From contig CM069159.1 of NCBI GenBank assembly GCA_035221665.1, forward strand, positions 25,544,001-25,608,000: 64,000 nucleotides of DNA, written 5' to 3'. This DNA comes from Okamejei kenojei (taxonomy: Eukaryota). A program made the translations under genes and the position numbers. How positions within the stretch are numbered: position 1 is the stretch's first letter; each line of letters starts with the position of its first letter. Shown here piece by piece: positions 14,001 through 26,000 of the stretch. The notes beneath the pieces were generated by a model. It was not told the DNA's origin, made no database searches, and saw only the letters and a list, made by a program, of their open reading frames with translations.

Positions 14001-17000
14001 AAAGTGTCTAATTCTCACCAACTTGTCTATTGAAACTGCTGGGGCAAATGCACAAGTGAACGTGGAATTTCACAGTGGAATTACAATGAGCAAATATTTT
14101 ATAAGAAAAATGAACAAAGTGATTTCCTAAATGTTGGAGGGTGTTATAAACCTAACAAATATATTTTGAAATTTGGGAATCATTTAAGAACATTTAAAAA
14201 CAGGAAAGGTATTGTTTATATTAAATTAAGCTGCTAAGCACAGAAAATTATTTAGGGCGTCCATAAACAATTAACATGATATTGGTTTATTATTGTTACG
14301 GGTACTGAGAGGCAGCAAAAATCTTTGTTTGCGTGCTATCTAGTTAAATCATACTGTACATGAGTACAATCAAACCATTATGTAACTCCAAGAGCTAGTA
14401 CATAGAGAAAAATGCCAAAGTGCACAATTAGTGTTACAACGTTATAGTGTTATGGTAATGGAAAAAAAGAGCAGATTAAAAAAAAGTGCAAGGACTGATA
14501 TAGGTTGGAAGTTCAGAACTACACCCTTAGCTTATGGGAGGTCTGTTAAGTAGTCTGATAACAGCGGGGAACAGCACTTTTTGAATCTGGTGGTACATGC
14601 TTTCAAACATTTGCATCTTCTGCCTGATGGGAGAAGGGAAATAACCAGAGTGCAGCATGGTTCTTTATTAATTTGGCTGGCTTCCTGAGGCAATATGAAG
14701 TATAGATGGAGTTGATGGGGGAGATGGCATTGCTGGATTGTGTAATGGACTGGGCCACATCCACAACTCTTTGCAATTTGTTAAAGTTGTTTGTCTTACA
14801 GTTGTTGCCAAATCAAGCTGTGATGCATTCCAATAGGATGCTTTCTATGGTGCATTTGTAGAAGTTGCTAAGAGTGTTAGAAGACATACTGAACTCCCTG
14901 AAGGGTAGTGAATACTTTGAAGTCACCCCAAATAATGCATTTAAAAAGCAGCTCTGGGGATAGAGGACATATATACACACAAGCAAATGAAATTTGCTTG
15001 GTATGGAAACTATAAACAAACTAGAAAGGTGTCCCAACTTGTGAGCTATCATTATAAAATTCTGGTGACAGGATGGCCATTTGGGTTGACAGTTCACATC
15101 TGATCTTGAATACCAAATATGTACCTTTCAGAAGGCTCTGCTCTTTTCCTTCTTTCTTCAAGATTTAGTTCCCTGGTATCTTCCTCCTCCTTCGAATACA
15201 AATATGAGATCAGAACAATACCTATTGATGTTATTTAATAAAACTTACACCATGTCAATACTTTCTTGCCTTGCTGTTGCACATTTTTAAATCAGTGTTT
15301 ACAGAACCCAAATCTCGGCGATCACCGTACGTCCTAACTTTTCTTTATTTAAAGAATACTTGAGATCAATCGTTTTTTTGTCCAAAATGCACTCTTGCAT
15401 TCAACTGCTTCCAGGGTAGACATAAAATGCTGGAGTAACTCAGCAGGACAGACAACAGCTCTGGAGAGAAGGAATGGGTGATGTTTCGGGTCGAGACCCT
15501 TCTTCAGACTTCTTGGTTCTTGACCCGAAACGCCACCCATTCCTTCTCCCCATGTCAATTTTATCCTCGAGACGTTCAATTTGACTTGTTGGATATGGAT
15601 TGTTATTTACAACTTATGTTGGAGATCTCTATTCGGCTCACATATTATCAAGTTTATAGTCATTGTTCATATCTCTCACATGCGCAATAACTCTCAGAGT
15701 TATTACAATTAATACAATCTACTGAAATCAACATAACAGACTAAAATGAATCTCCCGTCTTGGTCCTGAAGCACTATTTTGACCTGAAATTGCCACATTT
15801 ACTTCACACCCCCCTCTTCCCCAGCACAAATGCTACTCAACCCACTGAGTTTCTCCAGAAGAGTGTATGTTGCTCCAAATTCCAGGATCTGTATTTGGGT
15901 CTCCACTGAAATTACTTGCAATGGCACTTGATATCAAAATTTGATCCTAAAATGATCAGACTTCAAATTTATGCCACTAATTCTTACAGATCATTTTCAA
16001 CAATTAAAATACTGCCGTTAAAATGGAGGTCGTCCTCCCTAAAGCTCAGAGCATTTGTTTTTTAACTGCAGGTTAAAGGAATAACGCTCTGAAAGTAATT
16101 TAGCTACCCCAAAGAACAAAATATCGATTTTATCCTCTAGTATAAGCAGATTGCCAATATTTCCAATTACCTTCATGCATCAAAAATATAGAAACTGATT
16201 GTACCTATGATGCATAAACATTAAAACATGGTTAATGATTTTATCTGACGGAGGATTCAATCAATTACAGGTACAGATATCTATGGACTGTTTTACAGAG
16301 AATGCTTGAGGATGTTCCAGAGCATTTCACAGACAATGACGAACTCCTCAAAAATGTAATCACTATTACAGCGCAGGGAAATATCACAGAGAAATTAACA
16401 AGAAAACATTATTTATTGGCATTAGTTAAGCAATAATTATTGTCCAAAATCTTTGGGGAGTCCAATGCTTTTCTTCAAATAATGCCCTGGGGAATTTTAC
16501 ATCTGCTCAAATAGTTCGGGAGTCAAACCACATTAATGACGGTGCTTCCAATCAGCTCCAATCTGTACTACACAACATTCTCAGCCTCCATTAAGTACTG
16601 AGAAGGAACTTGAACTCATTACTTTCTGATTCAAATGGGATGCTGAATGTTTAGAAAAGGGTTGAGAGTTGTGGGGTTCAACTGGGAACAGAAACACTGG
16701 GCAGAAGATCACGTCATATGATGGAGTCCCTTGCTTACTTTCACTGTCTTATGGTCTATCTATGCTCCTATCTATTACCAGCAGTATTTTGACATTTTAA
16801 TAATTACGACCAGTTTAAAAGGAAAACTGTTGTTTACGCAACCCCATACAAACTCATATTTCCTCCCAATCCATCCAAAATAGTAGGCAGTCATTTAAGC
16901 AAACCCCGGGAAGTTTGTATTTGCTGGTACTCCACCAACCTGCAGCAAAATTTTAATTTGCCATCACCTGGGTATAAAATAGACGATAAAGAAAAAATAC

Positions 17001-20000
17001 ACAAGATGTAATAGAATAAATGAAGGGTGTAAAATGACATTTGTGATAAAAATAAATCAGCATAGATAAGAAAAACAGCCAAAAGGTTTCATAGGGAATC
17101 AGTGGGAATGGGAGTAATCAATGGGGATAATCAGCTGTCGGGGAATGATCAACATGTGTGTAGTTTAGTTTAGAGAGAGCACGGAAACAGGTGCCCTCCC
17201 CCCCCCCCCTCGATCTCCCACTCCCACTAGTTCTGTGTTATCCCACATTCTCGTCCAAACCCTACACACTAGGGGCAAATTGCACATCTTTGAGATGTTG
17301 GAGGAAACCAGAGCACCTGGAGGAAAGATACAGGGAGAACGTGCAAACTCTGCACAGACAGCATCCAAAGTCAGGATTGAACCCGGGTCTCTGGCACTGT
17401 GAAGCAGCAGCTCTACCAGCTGCACCACCCTTGATACTTTTGTTAGTTAAAAATAGCCCACACTTTCTTTCAGTTAGAGAATAGTCTCTTCAAATGTTTA
17501 ATGAAACACTATGCATGTGTGACTGGTTGGAATAACCTTTACGCCCTATTTAAAAAAAAATAGAACTTCTAAAAACGCCTTCTTATTAGCTGATTTGAAT
17601 CAATGGAAAAGGAAGCTGTTGCTTTTATATTGCAAAGGAACATTTATGCTTCCAATAAATGGACCTGCATGTACACTCATGAGAGGCAGGCAATGTTGGA
17701 GCATCTCAGAAGGTGAAAATGAGAAAATGTACAATGGTATGAAATTAACGCTTGATAAAGTGTAACTGCTTCCTGAGAGAATTGAAACTTTGATGGTTTG
17801 AGGACTATGCCAGCTGAACATGTTCAGACATGTTTTGTGCTCTCGCCATAAATATTAGGCCAAAAGCAAGTGAGCAAAAAAAAAAATTGTGTTTCTGTGC
17901 CGGTGCATGTGTTAAGTAACTTGAGAACATTCGAAGGAGGGAAGTATAAATTAGCCTCCAGCTTCTGGGTTCAAGCTCACGCCAGATTGCAAAATGCTGT
18001 TGGTTCACATGCTTGATCAATGGTGTTTTATCATTAATGTCTACTATTCTTAATGTTTAGCATTTTCTGAGTCATTTGTAACTGTCACTGTATGTCATGT
18101 TGTTACTTGTGGGCGGAGCACCAAGGCAAATTCCTTGTATGTGAATACTTGGCCAATAAACTTAATTACTTTTTTTTAAAGAAGGAACTGCAGATGCTGG
18201 AGAATCGAGGGTACACAAAAAGCTGGAGAAACTCAGCGGGTGCAGCAGCATCTAAGGAGCGAAGGAGATAGGCGACGTTTCGGGTCGAGACCCTTCTTCA
18301 GACTGGTCAGGGATCAGGGAAACGAGAGATATAGACAGTGATGTGGAGAGATAAGGAACAATGAGTGAAAGATATGCAAAAAAGTATCGGTGATAAAGGG
18401 AACAAGCCTAACTTAATTACTTAGTCTCTAAAGATAAGAATAAATGCTACATGTATAGCAGTGACTACTGAGTACTGAGCTGAGGTACTGAATCACCAAC
18501 TAGAGAGCTGTCCTAACGGACCACCTACCTCATTGGAGTCCCTCAGACTATCTTTTATCAGACTTTATCTTACACAAAACGTTATACCCTTATACTTTAT
18601 CGGTATACTGTGGAGGGCTTGATTGTAGTTATGTATAGTCTTTTCGCTGACTGGATAGCACACATCAACACTGTACCTCAGTACACGTGACAATCATAAA
18701 CTAAACTACGTACGTAAAAGAACAAAGTGAACTTTATGTTTAAGTAACCGGAGTGGTTGATGCTAATACTGAATAGCGAAAAAAAAAAAATGAGAAATAT
18801 TCTGCTTCTCCAAAACGAATGAAAAATAATTGTGCATTTGTTAACATTTTAAATTGCAAGTTTAAGAATATTTCTATGGTCATCTGGGATAGTTGAATGC
18901 AGCCACCACTTCATACGATATTAATTCCGTGAATGGAGTTATGTAAGTCCTCATTCATAACCCTTTAGTACCTAGAAGGTGACTCTGCCATCTGGTCTTG
19001 GAGTGCCAGTACAGACACAGAAATAGAAATCTCTAAAATAGCCACTAAGTCATGGGAATTTCTAAACAGAACCAACAGAAGGAATCCCCAGCATCATGCC
19101 GTTAAAATATAATTAAACTCAATTATTTTTACGACTGATTGCTTTCCATTAAATAATTCCTCCTGGCCTGTGGTAGCAACTTGTGATCTTGTTCTTAACT
19201 CTGACTTAATTGAAATTAACTTTGCAAAGTTGGAGCACTATCTTTACTGGATACCAAGTACAATTTGATTTTGTTTTAATAAGAGATGCGTTACTGAAAT
19301 TAAACTATGCCTTACAGTAATTGTATTGAATGATTACCATTGTTCAAACTCAATTACCTTCTTCTATAAAGTTATTGGGCTACGTTAGTTACCCAAACTG
19401 ACAGAATTTTCAATTAAATAGCCTCCCGCCATGGAAGGTGAATGTAAATGTTTAACTTCCAAAGGGATCTGAAAGGTATTTCTCCTCACAAAAGGTTCTG
19501 GGTTTGACCTGTACTGGGCATGACTCCAGAGGTTTCAGCTATTCTTCATGCAAGCCTGAATAGCAAGTATCAATGGATCATTCAACTGCGAAGAACAGAA
19601 GTCAAAATTGACAATATCTTCACTGACATGTGCCATTTCCAGTGCACAGAGGAGAAGGGAATAATCTTATTGGCACACTGGCTAGCATTTGCAAACTCAG
19701 TGCACACTATGGTCTGAGGAAGTTATTAGCTTTAATAGCTCACTTTCACAAAGGAAAACACATTTCCCAGGAGAATCTTCAAAGAATGTTTAGAACAGGC
19801 GACATTCTATGTGATCATCCCAGCAGCCTCTAAGCTATCTGCAGATCAATTGCTATGAATGATATAATAGCGAGCTCATGATCAGTGCTGAAGTTGATGG
19901 GTGCATGAATTGCAATCTGCAAAGAGTAGAAAGCGAGCATAAAATGTCTATAAAAATGTAAATTAATTCAAAGGGGATACCTCTCCTGTGCACTCTCCTG

Positions 20001-23000
20001 CCAGTCATCAGCCCGTGGAATTGCTTTGTATATTAGTCTACTGCCAACAGTATGGACATGGCATCATTGCTAATTGCTATAAGAAATTACATTCAGCCTT
20101 TTAAAGCTAAACTGACATATTTGACCAATGAATAAACTACATTAATAGCTGCTTTGTGGCCTAAGCTGTCACCATCCTCTATTGTATTTAATTTAGAAAC
20201 TGGAGATATTAAAGTGACAAGGACGTGCTAAACTGGAATGTCAATGAAACCTATCAGTACTCTCTCCACTGAAGGAACGACAACCTTCAGTCCATCTGTC
20301 ACATTTAGCTACTTTTAACTTCCCTTTTCAATACTGGGAGAGAGGCAGAAAGAGAGCAGACGGTGAAAAGCACTAAGTTGTAGTTAGATGGTAAAATAAT
20401 GGTTTCAAGAAAGCAATTCAGTGTCAAAACAAAGAACAAAAGGGGGCAATTAACAATTTGTAGGGGAGTGGGAAAGATGGCTCGACTGCTGTCTTTAACT
20501 ATAGGGCCCACAAATGACTAATCACAGAAGGCGGCTACACAGCAATAAAGAAGTGAATCTGTGCAATTTAAAAGTTCCCAAATCTGTCACATGTCAAACA
20601 AAATAATTTAAAAATAGAGCCCTATTGTGAAGAGTTCGAGGGCACTTTTGAAAATCAATTGAAATATAGGAATATTTGACCTTTGATGCAAATGGTAACA
20701 CTCATGCCGGTAAAAGAGCTTCTGGATTCACAAGACTGCCACATGTTGATTAGGAATCCTTAGTTCCTTTATGGGATAAGGTTTGGAGTCAGAAGAGTTT
20801 CTACAGTTTCTGGAAGCTGCAAAATACAGTTGTCGCTGTGGCAGTGAAAGATTTGGGGAGTAGGGCTAGGATGCGTTTTGACCAGTGTTTAATGTAACCC
20901 GTGAAAAGACAGGCATAGCTGAGGCTCATGCGAACACCCATGGCTATATCTTACGCCGAGAGAAGTCAAAAGAAAAGTTGTTGAGAATTTCTGAAAGTTC
21001 TGACAGGCAGAGGAGAGCGAAAGTTGAGGAGTAGACTGGGTGTTTTGTCAAGGAACCGTGATCAGGTGCGGTGTGATGGAAATCCCTTGAATAGACACTT
21101 CAGAAATAAATATAAGCTTTTGCACATTTATTACATAAATACAATTTAATTACAGTGTAGTGGAAATTAAGTGATGTACTTGAAAAAAAAAGACTTTAGT
21201 TGAAAATTGGTACCATCACTGCAATATCATTGACCTATGTTCTAACTAAACCTTTTCAAATTACTTCTCTCCTTATTTCAATTCCATCGTTCACACAATT
21301 CTGACACTCACTCCTCAATCTCCTCCCCAGCAAACCCTAATCATGAACTACTCCTTCTTGGCCAATATACTCCAGCATCACCAAAAACCAAAGCAATGCT
21401 GTCATAGTCACAGAGTCATAAAGCGTGGTAATAGGCCCTTTGGCACAACTTTCTCCTGCCAACCAAAATGCCCCTTCCACCTACACGCATTGGACCCAGA
21501 TCCATCCACACCTTTCATATCTATGTACAAATGTTTTTTAAATGTTTTTATCGAACCAGCTACTTCCTCTGGCAGCTCATTTCATAACCCACCATCCTGT
21601 TGGGAAAAGGTTGCCCCTCAGCTTCCTATTATATCTTTCCCGTCTCACCTTAAACCTACGTCCTGTGGTTCTTGATCCCCTACAATACAATGGGTAAAGG
21701 ACTCTGTGCATTCACACTATCTATTCCCCTCGTGATTTTATACACCTCTACAAGATCATTCCTCAGTCTCCTACGCTCCAAGGAATAAGGTTTTAGACTG
21801 CTCAATGAAACCAAGTTATTCATGAAATTACTGTCATTATTTGTAACACCTAGAGCACTCTTTCTCATTGTTATCAGGTGGATATACACTAGATGAAACA
21901 TGTTGCCTCTTTCATTGAGCATAGTGTGCTATTTGACCTGAAACGCAGGAAAAGGCTCATATTGCTGCTAGTAACATTTCACCACTCTGCATTGAAATGT
22001 ATCTGTTCCTATCCAAAACCCATATCTGTGCTTTTGTTAATTCAATTTGACTTCTCCAGACTTAGCTCAGGTGGTAACCTAAATTCTAAGAGACGTTATT
22101 TCTCACTATAGAGTAAAAAGAGCATTTTTTGGAGGCTCCAAACACCTATTGTCTCTTTTTTAAAGAAGGAACTGCAGATGCTGGAGAATCGAGGGTACAC
22201 AAAAAGCTGGAGAAACTCAGCGGGTGCAGCAGCATCTAAGGAGCGAAGGAGATAGGCGACGTTTCGGGTCGAGACCCTTCTTCAGACTAAAGAAGGGTCT
22301 CGACCCAAAACGTCGCCTATCTCCTTCGCTCCTTAGATACTGCTGCACCCGCTGAGTTTCTCCAGCTTTTTGTGTACCACCTATTGTCTCTTGATGGTGG
22401 CTGAGGAGAAGTAGAGCGTTCTCCTTGGTACTGCTTATTATTTTCCTCTAAGTATTATATATAAATCAGATTACCTGGTTATTTGTTGAGGTGTGTCTGC
22501 AAATTGGCCACCAGAGGCATGGAAGGCAACAAATACATCACAACTAATATATTGGTTTAGTTTAGAGATACAGCATGGAAACAGGTCTCTTGGCCCACTG
22601 ACTCCACGCCGATCACTGATCACACTAGTTCTGTTTACCCACTTTCCCTACTAATTAGAGGCAATTTAGAGAGACTAATTAAGGTACAAACTTACACATC
22701 TTCAGGATGTGGGTGGAAACCAGAGCACCCAGAAAAAAGCAATGTGGTCACATGGAGAACATGCAAACTCCACATGGACAGCAGATTGAACCCGGATCTC
22801 TGGTGCCGAGGCAGAGTCTGAAGAAGGGTTTCGGCCCGAAACGTTGCCTATCTCCTTCGCTCCTTAGATGCTGCTGCACCCGCTGAGTTTCTCCAGCCTT
22901 TTGTGTACCCTCGATTTTCCAGCATCTGCAGTTCCTTCTTTAACAGATTTATCAGCTGCACCACCTGGTTGTAAAGTGCTTTGAAATATTTCAAAATTAC

Positions 23001-26000
23001 CAAATAAAGCAAAATCTTTCCTTTCTTAATTACTTATGGCCTGTAGGTTAGCGATCAGCAGGTCAGCATCAGAGAGCTACCTTTTTGTGGCTCCTGGGTA
23101 CTTTTATCCAAGAATGAGTTTCATTTAATATTTCAACGCTGCAATAAAGTGCTACAGCAGTATAAAATTAACCACTTCACTTGCTTAATATCACTCATGA
23201 CAAAATTATTTGTTTTGCCAAGAGCACCAGCTTATAAACTAAACAAATACATTGGAAGCATAAAACAGTCTCTGGTGACAAGAGAATTATGTGCTTTACA
23301 CTGGCAAGCAACACAGATAAATTTACACCAGTTCCTCACATCTGTTGTTAGAGGGAGATCTTGAATCATCTGTCGTTAGAGGAAGCTACCATACAATGCT
23401 CAGAATGTTGAAAAACAAAGAAATATTAATACACAAATAGACAGAACAGTATTATTACCAAAAGGGAAGTGTGAGCAATGGAGGCAAGGCAGTGCCCTTT
23501 GTGATATCAATTGCCAGTTTAGTTTAGAGATACAGCATGGAAACAGGCCCTTCGGTCCACTGAGTCTACACCAGCCAACAATCACCCATACACTAGCTCT
23601 ATTCTACACACTAGGGGCAATTTACAGAAGCCAATAAACCTACAAAGCAGCACGTATTTGGGATGTGGGAGGAAACTGAAGCACCCGGAGAAATATGAAT
23701 CTTTAGAGGACTTTACAGGCCAAATGCAAGGAAGATGTTTTCTCTGGCAGGGGAGTCTAAGACTAGTGGGCAAAGGGTAGATTATTTGGGACTGCTATGA
23801 GAAGTTTCTTGACTGGTGAAACTTTGGAATTCTCTAAACCCAGAGGGCTGTGGAGGCTCAGTTGCTGTGTACGTTCAAAACAGATCAAAAGAAGAATGGA
23901 CATTTGGGAAAATTGCTGCTGACTAGAAGATTAGTCATAATCCTGATGAATGGCAGAGTAGCATTGCCATGGATTCACCGAGTAATTCAGCATGGAAGAA
24001 GCCCTTCGGCCCAACTCATCCATGCTGACCAATTTGTTTGCCTGAGCTCGTCGCACTTGTCTGCTACTGGCCCGTATCCCTCTGCAGCTTTCCGATCTAT
24101 GCAGCTGCCTTATAAATACAATTGTACCCATTTCTACTGCTTTCTCTGTACAGCTTGCTTAATATACCAAACACTGCCTGTGCAAAGACGATTGTCCCTC
24201 ATGTCTCCTTTAAATCGTTCCCCTCCAGCCTGCTTTTATTTCATATATCCTTAGACAAGACACAATAGTAAATGGGATCAGTGAAGATAAAGCAAGTAGA
24301 AATAGTACTTGATGGTTGGCATAGACATGGGGTGTACTTTAGATTTTAGAGACACAGAGTGGAAACGACCAATGATCACCCCGTATATTACCACTATCCT
24401 AGACATTGGGGGCAATTTAAAATTTACAGAAGCCAGCTAATCTACAAATCTGTACTTCTTTGGAGTGCAGGAGGCAACCGGAGCACCCACAGAAAACGCA
24501 CGTGGTCACGGGGAGAACAAACAAAATCTGTAGAGACAGCCTCCGTAGTCAGGATCAAACCTGGGTCTTTGGTGCTGAAAGCCAGTAACTACCGCTGCAC
24601 CACTATGCCGCCCGTGATGGGCTGAAGAGACTCTTTTTGTGCTACAGACTCTAGGACTCTGTGACTCTATGGGAAACAAGTCACCAGATTTGAGGCAAGT
24701 GGAAGAATGGAAGTTGATCAAGATTAAGATTTTGGGAGTAAAATGTAAGAAACAAGGGTTTAACCATCACGTTAAACTGTCACCTCCTCCATGACCAGAG
24801 TGAGCACCACCGGAAATTGGAGGAACAGCACCTCATATTCCGCCTAGGCAGTCTGCACCCTAGTGGTATAAACATTGAATTCACCCATTTCCGATAGTCC
24901 TTGCTGTCTCCTCCCCTTCTCAGCTCTCCCTCAGCCCTCGGGCTCCCCCCCCCCCCCCCCCCCCCCACCCCCACCCTACATCAGTCTGAAGAAGGGTTTT
25001 GGCCCGAAACATTGCCTATTTCCTTCGCTCCATAGATGCTGCTGCACCCGCTGAGTTTCTCCAGCACTTTTGTCAACCTTCGATTTTCCAGCATCTGCAG
25101 TTCCTTCTTAAACTCTTATGCACAATTGGAATATTGTGTGCAGTTCTGGTTGCCATACTAGAGGCAGCACGTGGGTGCACTGGAGAGGGTGCATTGAAGA
25201 TTCACCAAGACAATGCCTGTGATGGAATACTTCACTTGAAGCATATCTGAAGGTGAGCAATGATACAGAACTCATCCGCCCCCCCCTAAAAAAAATGTTT
25301 GTTCCAACTACTACACTGCTGTAAATCACTATTTAATCAAAAATTAACTGCACACTGCAAATTTGAGAACTTAGTCTAAAAGTATTATGAAGAGCTAGCA
25401 GCTGTAACCCATTTCATTATTAGAAAATGGATTGCAAAGTTGGCAGTTTTATCTAAATTTTATGTTGTATTCCTTCAACAGACTGAACATATGTTATTGG
25501 TTTCGAATGAAATAAATTGAGAAGAATCCTGTCAGGTTGTACTTGCAAACAACTGACACAGACACAATTATTAGCACAAGGGCTGGCCATGCAAAGCAAC
25601 TCCACTACACAAAAGCAACTTTACAACTCTCAAATGATTTGATGCTTAGGCATTGGAAACATTTTTGATTAAGATAACTAATAATGCAGCTCACCAGGAC
25701 ATAAAAGATGAAATATCATTTTTATAAACAGAATCACAATTGTTGGCATGGTAAGCTAATACTGATGCGGCCTTATATCGACAAAATCCATCATGTAACC
25801 AGCTTTCCAAGGGTTCTTTCAAAATGAAAGCACATCAATGACATAACCATAAGTAAATGCTCTATTTACAAAAGAACAAGACATGTGCCCTTTGATATAA
25901 GTATCGGGAATAATTACTTGCCAGGACTAAGCTGATAATAGGCAGGGAAGTAGTGACCGGACAATAAATGGCCTCCGTGTCCATGAGGTGAATCACGAGA

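Noticed and set aside
16890-16968. Strong minus-strand acceptor near 16968
   Set aside because: Phase-0 reading stops at once and no clear supporting donor or homology
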